The notes beneath the pieces were generated by a model, which ran no database searches, had not been told where the DNA came from, and was given only the letters and a program-made list of their open reading frames with translations. Positions 29,077 through 36,362 of a stretch of DNA of 45,593 nucleotides are shown piece after piece. Each line of letters begins with the position of its first letter. The first letter of the stretch is position 1. Source of the DNA: Opitutia bacterium UBA1116 (lineage in GTDB: Bacteria > Verrucomicrobiota > Verrucomicrobiia > Opitutales > UBA1977); assembly GCA_002313355.1 (NCBI GenBank), contig DCBD01000129.1, forward strand, positions 1 to 45,593. Reading direction: 5' to 3'. The translations under genes and the position numbers were made by a program.

Positions 29077-29892
29077 TTAAAGCTTTTTTCTTCTCAGAAA
29101 TAACGCCCCAAATAATCCTAAAACCATAATCAAACTCGCATTTTTAGGTTCAGGGATTGGGCTTAAAACTGGCCTATAAGCTTCTTCAATGTTTTCAAAG
29201 TTGTCACAGGTTTTTAGTTCACCAATAACCCCCGAAAGAGAAAGGTCTTTTCCTCGACTCCATACATTATAAAAACCGCCCTGTCCTCCTTGTGCGCCAT
29301 AGCCATACAACCTAAACAATGTTGTTTTTCCTGTCCTAATAGCAGGATTTATTAGATCACCTAAGTCCGTGACTTTAACATTAACCGTCGATTGCGGAAA
29401 ATTATGCATATCTATTTTTTGCAGTAAGATACTCGTGTCCTCAGTGCTTGAGTTTCCAAACATACGACGCCCTTCATCCCATTCTCCACTTTCAGTGGTC
29501 CTAGCTCTTAGTTCCCAAAACCTAGGACCACTACCTTCGGTTGAGTACAGAGTAAACTCAATAGAATCATAAGAAACCTTAAAGCCACTATGTGCAGTTA
29601 CTCCAAATTCTATGTAATTTCCAAAATGACGCTTTGTGTTTGTTGACCAACCTGAAAATAAATAATCTCCTGAGATTTTTTCTAATAATCCTCGTGATTC
29701 TGCTAGTCGAAGTTGTTTGGACGCTCTTAATGGGCTGGCCGTTAGTCTTTCATCCATAACACCACCCAAAGCTCTTTCCCCACTGGCCTCACTAATAGGG
29801 TACTGAACTAAAACAGAAAGTGCACACAATGAGCTAAAAGTACACTGTAAGACAACATATGCTAGGCAAATTTGAATGCTTAACTTTTTCAT
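29077..29892 (-). CDS. PEP-CTERM sorting-domain secreted protein
   Basis: The C-terminus SPIPEPKNASLIMVLGLFGALFLRRKKL has the PEP motif, a TM helix and a basic tail. I prefer start ATG 29892 (MKKLSIQICLAYVVLQCTFSSLCA, a signal peptide) over the track start at 29982. Confidence 0.75.
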   Translation of the reverse strand: MKKLSIQICLAYVVLQCTFSSLCALSVLVQYPISEASGERALGGVMDERLTASPLRASKQLRLAESRGLLEKISGDYLFSGWSTNTKRHFGNYIEFGVTAHSGFKVSYDSIEFTLYSTEGSGPRFWELRARTTESGEWDEGRRMFGNSSTEDTSILLQKIDMHNFPQSTVNVKVTDLGDLINPAIRTGKTTLFRLYGYGAQGGQGGFYNVWSRGKDLSLSGVIGELKTCDNFENIEEAYRPVLSPIPEPKNASLIMVLGLFGALFLRRKKL

Positions 29893-30077
29893 GAAACCGA
29901 AACCCGATAGCATACACAAATTTAACCCAAAATTAAACATTAAATGAAGATTACACAAAAGTTGTGTCAACGCAGCTAACAACTTCTGTATACAATTGTC
30001 TTAGAAGCTATTAAAAAATAGCCAATGTGGTCTACCACACTTCTTAAACACTATCCCCTCTCATCTAAATACGCTAT

Positions 30078-31334
30078 TTAGCGGGTGTGTCCCTGACCCC
30101 AGATCAAATATTTATAAGTGCATAACTCATTGATACCCATGGGACCTCGAGCATGAATTCGATCTGTTGATATGCCTATTTCTGCCCCAAGACCAAATTC
30201 GTAACCATCTGTAAATCGTGTAGAGGCATTCCAATAAACAGCTGCTGCGTCAATAGCCTTTAAAAACTTTTCTGCTGTTTGTTGATTTGACGTAATAATT
30301 GCCTCAGAGTGGCCACTTCCATATTTATTAATAGCATTAATGGCTCCCTCTAGACCATCAACACAACAAACAGCTAGGATGGGTGCCAAATATTCTTGAT
30401 AAAAATCGTCCTCATGCGCTACTCGAGTAGATATTTTCGCACCAACTAGCATAGCGTCAAGCGATGCGTCTACACGCAACTCAACACCTTGTTTGTAAAT
30501 AACTTCCAATATAGAGTTTATTTTGCTTTGGCCAAGAGCCTTATCTAAAATGAGATTCTCAACAGCATTACAAACGCCTGGTCTTTGGCATTTTGCGTTA
30601 ATTAAAATGGATTGAGCCATATTAATATCGGCTTCTGCATCCACGTAAATATTACAAACGCCTTTGTAATGCTTAACGACAGGAATGCTGGTGTTCTCTG
30701 AAATAAATTTAATCAACCCTTCACCCCCTCGAGGTATGATACAATCAATAAAGTCATTACACCGTAAGAGTGCTTTGAGTTCATTTCGGTCTGAAGTGCT
30801 AACTAATTGAATGGCATGTGGATCAATACCTTCTTCCTCCAATGCCTTTTTAATTAAAACAATAAGCGCTTTATTACTATAGTGTGCTTCCTTTCCTCCC
30901 TTAAGCAAGCATGCGTTTCCAGATTTTAAACACAGTACTGCACAATCAATAGTAACATTGGGACGTGACTCATAAAAAATACCCACTAAACCAATAGGAA
31001 CACTCACTTTTTTAATAAGAAGCCCATCACCTCGTAGATACTCATCAAGAATTTTACCTGTTGGATCGGGTAATTTAGCTATTTGCTCAACTCCCTTTGC
31101 CATAGACTCTATTCTTTCCTCTGTTAACGAAAGTCTATCTATGAGTGCATTGCTGAGTCGATATTCTTTCGCCTTTTCGATATCTAGCTTATTAGCCCCC
31201 AAAATATTTTTTGCATTAGAGCGCAACAAAACTACCAACCTATTTAAAAAGCTGTTCTTTTTATCGATTGTTAAAAGGTTTAAGCGAAATGCCGCTTCTT
31301 TGCCTTTTCGTGCTATTACCTCAAAATCATTCAT
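30078..31334 (-). CDS. proA: glutamate-5-semialdehyde dehydrogenase (gamma-glutamyl phosphate reductase)
   Basis: 418 aa. It has GSGHSEAIIT, the catalytic-Cys region CNAVENLIL, and NASTRFTDGYEFGLGAEIGISTDRIHARGPMG. Confidence 0.95.
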   Translation of the reverse strand: MNDFEVIARKGKEAAFRLNLLTIDKKNSFLNRLVVLLRSNAKNILGANKLDIEKAKEYRLSNALIDRLSLTEERIESMAKGVEQIAKLPDPTGKILDEYLRGDGLLIKKVSVPIGLVGIFYESRPNVTIDCAVLCLKSGNACLLKGGKEAHYSNKALIVLIKKALEEEGIDPHAIQLVSTSDRNELKALLRCNDFIDCIIPRGGEGLIKFISENTSIPVVKHYKGVCNIYVDAEADINMAQSILINAKCQRPGVCNAVENLILDKALGQSKINSILEVIYKQGVELRVDASLDAMLVGAKISTRVAHEDDFYQEYLAPILAVCCVDGLEGAINAINKYGSGHSEAIITSNQQTAEKFLKAIDAAAVYWNASTRFTDGYEFGLGAEIGISTDRIHARGPMGINELCTYKYLIWGQGHTR

Positions 31335-32218
31335 TATGAATATTTACAAGGTATACCTAAATAATTTAATAACCAAATTTCTTTCCACATACGGTAGCGT
31401 CCTTCCCAGGTTATTCGACCTTTTGTACCCTCAGCGTCATGAGGAAGAAGAAATCCGGCCTCCATATTTATCTTTTCTAAAAGCTTAGATTGATAATTCA
31501 AGTCTTCTACAGGATCTTCTTCCCAAGAAACACTTTTAAATTTCTTTTTTTGTAGGCGTTTTTTATGCAAAGCCAATAAACGCGTTAAAGACCCTGTTGT
31601 CGGTCGCCTCGATAGATTCCATTGTTTAGGGTAAAAACCTCCAAAAGGCAGATATATATTGTCCGTTATAAGACGGTCACCTGAGTCCGATATGGAAGAC
31701 AACACGAAACAAGGTGATGTTGCACGCCCTCTCCACGGCACAAAAATAATCTGCAAACGCATATGGTTATCTTTATGCTCATAAACTGAAGAACTCAGAC
31801 AAAAATGCTCATTATATTTGGCATTTAATGAGCATTTATATCCAAATCCAAAATTAATGACTTCATTTTTAAGCTTTAAAAATTTTCTCTGAATAGGCCA
31901 CTGTCCATCTTTATTGCTATCAGTAAAAGCGGGAAACAAAGGTAGCGTACTGCGACTTAAGACGCCGATCAAAAGCCAATTATATATAGTTTCGACCAAG
32001 AACCAGATCAGAAAGGCTGTAACAAAAATAAGCCATACAGGTCTATCTGTCCACTCATACTGATGAGACATTAAAGCTATTATCCAAGAGAAAAGCAGCC
32101 AACGAATCCATCGATTCAATATAGCACAAGCCGTTGATGCCCATCTTAAGTTAGCATAAGTTAGTGCTACGGACAGGCTAAATACTGCAATCAAACATAT
32201 ATTTACCGCCATCAGCAT
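31334..32218 (-). CDS. hypothetical membrane protein (3-4 N-terminal TM helices plus a soluble domain of about 190 aa)
   Basis: 294-aa ORF. Its TAA stop overlaps the proA ATG by 1 nt (TAATG on the minus strand), and it begins 19 bp after the dnaN stop. It is very AT-rich. I recognise no family. Confidence 0.55.
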   Translation of the reverse strand: MLMAVNICLIAVFSLSVALTYANLRWASTACAILNRWIRWLLFSWIIALMSHQYEWTDRPVWLIFVTAFLIWFLVETIYNWLLIGVLSRSTLPLFPAFTDSNKDGQWPIQRKFLKLKNEVINFGFGYKCSLNAKYNEHFCLSSSVYEHKDNHMRLQIIFVPWRGRATSPCFVLSSISDSGDRLITDNIYLPFGGFYPKQWNLSRRPTTGSLTRLLALHKKRLQKKKFKSVSWEEDPVEDLNYQSKLLEKINMEAGFLLPHDAEGTKGRITWEGRYRMWKEIWLLNYLGIPCKYS

Positions 32219-32237
32219 AAGATTGCTAAAGCAGCCA

Positions 32238-33371
32238 TTAATTCAAGCGAAGTGGCATAATAACACACAGGAAGCTGTCCAGGGTTTTAAAAATACCTGG
32301 ACTCAAATCATCTTTGAATTCGAAAAAAACCTCATCCTTTGGCAAGGCTTTTAAGGGATCCATAAGAAACTGGGGGTTAAAAGCTACTTGAACATCAGGG
32401 CCACCATAAGCAATAGCGATCGATTCGTGCGCTTCTCCTACGTCCGGACTAGAGCCTGATACTTCCATTAAATTTTCGCAGAATCTAATTTTTATAGAAT
32501 TATTACGATCGCTGGTGACTAATGATGCTCGTTGCACGCACTCCTGCAACAGCTCTCTATCGACCTTAATTCTATGTTCTGTTTCTTTAGGAATGACTTG
32601 CTTGTAGTTAGGATAATGCCCTTCCACAATTTTGGAAACTAAATATATAGACCTAGAAAGACCAGCTGAATCCTTGGCGTTGTCATCAATATAAATATCA
32701 AAAGCAACCTGCCGATCATTAAAGGTGATTTTAACATCCTTTCCGTGTCCCATCAGGCGTAATAGCTCACTCACTGTCTTAGCTGGGAGAATAAAACTTC
32801 CGGCTTTATCTTCAGAAACCGCCATTTCACTTTCACAAAGAGCCAATCGACGACCATCTGTAGCAACAGCTGTGAGCTTGCCATCTGAGAAATTAAAGAA
32901 CACACCATTAAGCATATGCCGGTTCTCATCGGTGGACTGGGCATAAGCAACATTCTTAAGCATTTGCTGAAGATCTGATTGCCCCATAATGAATTCATGT
33001 TCATCGGAAAAATTAGGGAGCGGAGGGAATTCACTCTCCTCAATTCCCATAATTTTAAATTTAGACCCTCCTGAAGTTATGTTAGCTGAATTCCCTCCTG
33101 ATGAATTAATTACAACATCTTCACTGGGAAGAGTTTTTGCTATATTAAAAAGTTTTTTAACAGGAAGCGTTATAGAACCTTGTTCTTGAATATCTGCTTT
33201 AATGAAGCAACGAATACCCATGTCCAGATTTGTCGTGGTAAGGCTTAAGACATCACCTTCCGATTTAATCAACACGTTATTCAAAATAGGCATAGACAAA
33301 CGGGACCCTACAACATTGGAAACTTGCTGTAGCCCGGTAACAAGATGTTCTTTATTTGCTTTAAACTTCAT
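32238..33371 (-). CDS. dnaN: DNA polymerase III subunit beta (sliding clamp)
   Basis: About 377 aa. [21 protein letters not shown]...LPILNNVLI is a typical clamp N-terminus, and the three-domain length fits. I chose the second ATG (33371) because GGAGGTG lies 3 nt upstream of it, and the first ATG (33383) is part of that Shine-Dalgarno context. Confidence 0.93.
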   Translation of the reverse strand: MKFKANKEHLVTGLQQVSNVVGSRLSMPILNNVLIKSEGDVLSLTTTNLDMGIRCFIKADIQEQGSITLPVKKLFNIAKTLPSEDVVINSSGGNSANITSGGSKFKIMGIEESEFPPLPNFSDEHEFIMGQSDLQQMLKNVAYAQSTDENRHMLNGVFFNFSDGKLTAVATDGRRLALCESEMAVSEDKAGSFILPAKTVSELLRLMGHGKDVKITFNDRQVAFDIYIDDNAKDSAGLSRSIYLVSKIVEGHYPNYKQVIPKETEHRIKVDRELLQECVQRASLVTSDRNNSIKIRFCENLMEVSGSSPDVGEAHESIAIAYGGPDVQVAFNPQFLMDPLKALPKDEVFFEFKDDLSPGIFKTLDSFLCVIMPLRLN

Positions 33372-33374
33372 TTT

Positions 33375-33381
33375 CACCTCC
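33375..33381 (-). promoter_or_regulatory. Shine-Dalgarno sequence GGAGGTG for dnaN
   Basis: The minus strand reads ATGGAGGTGAAAATGAAGTTT. GGAGGTG lies 3 nt upstream of the ATG at 33371. Confidence 0.6.
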
Positions 33382-33462
33382 ATTAGGGGAAATCTTATTT
33401 TTTTGGCAATATTTAAAAATAGACACTAAAATAAACTTTAAAAGTACTCTTTCTATTATGGT

Positions 33463-33602
33463 CTGTGAAAAAAACCATTTACTTTGTAAGATATTGATTT
33501 TCAGTTTTATATGAAATTTTAAAACACAAAAAACTATGTTAATTCCTGTGAGATTTTTCCTATAAAAACTTATTCAGTGAGTAATTAACATTTTTTTCAC
33601 AG
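33463..33602. repeat. pair of perfect 12-bp inverted repeats (CTGTGAAAAAAA at 33463..33474, TTTTTTTCACAG at 33591..33602) in the dnaN upstream region
   Basis: Read directly from the sequence. A third partial copy, CCTGTGAG, lies at 33545..33552. The function is unknown. Confidence 0.6.
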
Positions 33603-33617
33603 GCTTTAAGAATTTTG

Positions 33618-34445
33618 TTAATTTGCTTTGGTTCGACGGCGAGCAAACCGGATCAAGCCGTAGAATACGTACCCCAAAAACACGATAGAAAATGAAATTT
33701 CTTTGAGCAAAAGAATAAGAACTCCTAGAAGAACAATACCAATAAAGGTTTTTAAAGGCGTCCTAGTATGCCAATTTATATTTTTAAAACTAGGGTAGGG
33801 TATGTTGCTCGTCATGAGCCATGCGATGAGCAGCATGAGACCAGGAAGAGCTAGGGTCCACGTGTGAAGGTCGAAACGGTTAAGCACAAGAACCAAAGAT
33901 GCGATGACACCCGCAGCGGCAGGTACGGGCAGTCCTGAAAAATCTCCGCATTTAACGTCGTCTTTGTCTCCAACCAGTAAAGGGCTTGTGAGAACATTAA
34001 ATCGGGCTAATCGAACTCCAGCACAAAGCAGATAGATAAATCCTATAAACCATCCTACTTGTCTAAAGAAGGGGTATCCATCTGTAGGTGAAAGAATAAG
34101 AAAGAAAACCATAAGAGCTGGGGCAACGCCGAAGGATACAACATCAGCGATAGAATCAAATTCTTTGCCAAATATAGATTCTTGTCTACCAATTCGAGCC
34201 ATGCGGCCGTCCAGTGCGTCGCAAATGCACGCTAGCAATATAAGCCATACGGCATGCGTGTAAAATTCTTTGCTGATAGCAGGATTGGGGTCGTACTTAG
34301 CTTGAATGCATCGAATAATAGCCAAAAACCCAAAGAAGAGGTTTCCTGCGGTAAAGAGATTGGGTAAGAAGTAAATACGACTTGCTTCAGATGGATCTGT
34401 GTACTTAGTGAACGACTTGATCGAATCTTCTGGGTTTGGATCCAT
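33618..34445 (-). CDS. pssA: CDP-diacylglycerol--serine O-phosphatidyltransferase
   Basis: 275 aa and polytopic. The CDP-alcohol phosphatidyltransferase motif is CDALDGRMARIGRQESIFGKEFDSIADVVSFGVAPA. Confidence 0.9.
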   Translation of the reverse strand: MDPNPEDSIKSFTKYTDPSEASRIYFLPNLFTAGNLFFGFLAIIRCIQAKYDPNPAISKEFYTHAVWLILLACICDALDGRMARIGRQESIFGKEFDSIADVVSFGVAPALMVFFLILSPTDGYPFFRQVGWFIGFIYLLCAGVRLARFNVLTSPLLVGDKDDVKCGDFSGLPVPAAAGVIASLVLVLNRFDLHTWTLALPGLMLLIAWLMTSNIPYPSFKNINWHTRTPLKTFIGIVLLGVLILLLKEISFSIVFLGYVFYGLIRFARRRTKAN

Positions 34446-34481
34446 AAGATAAAATTAAATATTTATTAGATCTACGAAAGG

Positions 34482-34829
34482 TTATTTTTTCAAGGATTCT
34501 AGATACTTCCAAAAAGACTGATGTTGTTCGATGAGAATATCTTCAGTAACTGGAAGTTTAAATCGAAAAACAAAGTCAGAAAGGGTGTGTTGATGGAGTA
34601 TATAATGGCTATATAAAATATTAGATTGTAACTCGAAATAGATACGATACTCACCCGAGCGCAATCTGTAGAAGGTTTTCCCATTCCGGGAAAACCGCCC
34701 AATGTCTTCGCTGGACTTTAATTGTTCGGATGTAACATTGCTTAGGCCATCAACAATTCGCATTTGCTCGAGCTTATCGAGTTTATTAAGCTCATGGATA
34801 CTTTGCTTGCTAAAGTTGACTTGAAACAC
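34482..34829 (-). CDS. RelE/ParE-superfamily toxin-like protein with a C-terminal extension
   Basis: 115 aa with a GTG start. The N-terminus FQVNFSKQSIHELNKLDKLEQMRIVDGL and the core FYRLRSGEYRIYFELQSNILYSHYILHQH follow the RelE/ParE pattern (..F...a.k.l.kL....., yR.R.GdyR.iY). About 28 extra residues follow at the C-terminus. Confidence 0.6.
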   Translation of the reverse strand: MFQVNFSKQSIHELNKLDKLEQMRIVDGLSNVTSEQLKSSEDIGRFSRNGKTFYRLRSGEYRIYFELQSNILYSHYILHQHTLSDFVFRFKLPVTEDILIEQHQSFWKYLESLKK

Positions 34830-34937
34830 AATAAGTTTGTTTAGTCAGAAAAAAGAAAATCTTCAATGTTTATTTGATGTTTTATAAGATATTCATAATA
34901 AGAGTCATATAATGTTTGTTTTAAAATTTCTTCACAA

Positions 34938-35393
34938 ATGAAGCATGTTTTAACAGTTCAGCGTAGTATTATTCTATTTCTAGCATTTTATTTTTTTGGA
35001 GGATTACTTGCGCTACCCCTTCAAAAACACGAGCTTTTCCCTGTTTTTTCATGGTTTTTGTTTCCTTTAACTCCTCATGAGGAGGTACAATACGCCTTGC
35101 GTGTTTATGAATACAACAACAAGGTGTGGAATCCCCCTATTTTATTTAGAGAAGGTCGAGGCCATTTTAAAGGAGCAGGGTCTATAGAGTTTTACGAAGT
35201 TCTTCAAAATGCTGGAGCTGCCTATAATGAAAACAATATGGAGCGTTTTAACAAAAACATGCAGCTCCTGAATGCCTATTTAATCACGCCTTATACTGTG
35301 GAAATAGTGCAGATTGCTTATGACCCTTTACAGTACTGGAAAACAAAGACCAAAACAATCAAACCTTTGGTTAAAATAGAATCGGATAGATGA
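34938..35393 (+). CDS. hypothetical signal-anchored protein (partner of the downstream polytopic membrane protein)
   Basis: 151-aa ORF with one N-terminal hydrophobic helix, then a soluble domain of about 100 aa. Its stop overlaps the next start (ATGA). Confidence 0.55.
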   Translation: MKHVLTVQRSIILFLAFYFFGGLLALPLQKHELFPVFSWFLFPLTPHEEVQYALRVYEYNNKVWNPPILFREGRGHFKGAGSIEFYEVLQNAGAAYNENNMERFNKNMQLLNAYLITPYTVEIVQIAYDPLQYWKTKTKTIKPLVKIESDR

Positions 35394-36352
35394 ACACAAC
35401 AGGCACCATTAGAAGATTTTTTTCAGGGTCACAGCAAAAGTCTGCAGAGGTGGTTTTTCGTTCTGAGCGGCAAGAGTGCTTAATGGCTCAAGTCTTGATC
35501 AAGGCATTCTATGTCTTCATTCTTTATTACGCATTAACACAGCTCAACACCTGGTACCAATATAGAGATGTAACTCATTTAGACCCTTTATGGCCTATTG
35601 CTTGGGTTGTTATACCCGGTGTGAGTGTCGTTTGGGCTATTCCGGGCATACTAATTTTTTCTTTTTGTGGAGCTCTTGCAGGGGCTTTATTATCGAGTCA
35701 ACGGTGGGTGCGTATTTGGGTTTTTCTGTCATTGCTTGAGTTTCTTGGGCTCAAGTACTCTTTCGGAAAAATAGGCCATAGCATGCATTTGTGGCTATTG
35801 ATTTCTTTCTTGTTTGTTTTTTTACCGAAAGACTGGGCAAAGGCCACTTTGCCACGCGTAGAGCGCCAAATGACACTCCGAATATTTTGGGGAGCCCAAA
35901 CCTTTATTTTAATGACTTATACCCTCGCAGGCCTAGGAAAGCTTTTGGGCGCGATGTATCAAATAGCTTTGGGCCAGATTCACATATTCCATCCACAATC
36001 TTTAGCGTATCATATTGCAGAGCGCCTTATCCAAACAGACAGTCATAGTATTTTAGGCAGTTTTTTTGTAGAGCATCCAGGTCTTGGTTGGCCAATGACG
36101 CTCATCATGCTCTATCTTCAGGTGTTTTCTTTGTGGATCGCATTTAGGCCGAATTTGCATCGCGCGTGGGGAGCGTTTTTGATTTTATTTCACATCAGTG
36201 TATCTCTTACGCTGTCGATACATTTTCATTCGCAAGTTCTGCTTGTAGCCCTATTTTTCCTAATCAGCCCATTTCATTATAAAACATCTTGGCGGGCCAT
36301 GTGCGCAAATCTCCCTATCGTAGGCTTTGTGTTTAAGCCTCTTTTAAGATAA
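35390..36352 (+). CDS. polytopic membrane protein (about 8 TM), possibly HTTM/SdpB-like
   Basis: 320-aa ORF with about eight hydrophobic segments and conserved-looking His residues (GHSMHLW, FHISVS, HFHSQ). The family suggestion is from architecture only. Confidence 0.55.
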   Translation: MNTTGTIRRFFSGSQQKSAEVVFRSERQECLMAQVLIKAFYVFILYYALTQLNTWYQYRDVTHLDPLWPIAWVVIPGVSVVWAIPGILIFSFCGALAGALLSSQRWVRIWVFLSLLEFLGLKYSFGKIGHSMHLWLLISFLFVFLPKDWAKATLPRVERQMTLRIFWGAQTFILMTYTLAGLGKLLGAMYQIALGQIHIFHPQSLAYHIAERLIQTDSHSILGSFFVEHPGLGWPMTLIMLYLQVFSLWIAFRPNLHRAWGAFLILFHISVSLTLSIHFHSQVLLVALFFLISPFHYKTSWRAMCANLPIVGFVFKPLLR

Positions 36353-36362
36353 GGGCTCTATC

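Noticed and set aside
29893-29982. 30-aa N-terminal extension of the PEP-CTERM protein
   Set aside because: The internal ATG at 29892 starts a canonical signal peptide (MKKLSIQICLAYVVLQ...), while the extension would bury it.
33458-33514. 18-codon mini-ORF (MVCEKNHLLCKILIFSFI) in the dnaN upstream gap
   Set aside because: It lies on the opposite strand to both flanking genes, has no Shine-Dalgarno sequence, and is indistinguishable from chance in AT-rich sequence.
33384-33617. Chromosomal origin (oriC) next to dnaN
   Set aside because: There is no dnaA gene in the window, no cluster of consensus DnaA boxes (the best matches have two mismatches) and no obvious 13-mer AT-rich DUE repeats. An AT-rich promoter region explains the composition. 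I kept only the inverted repeat as an observation.
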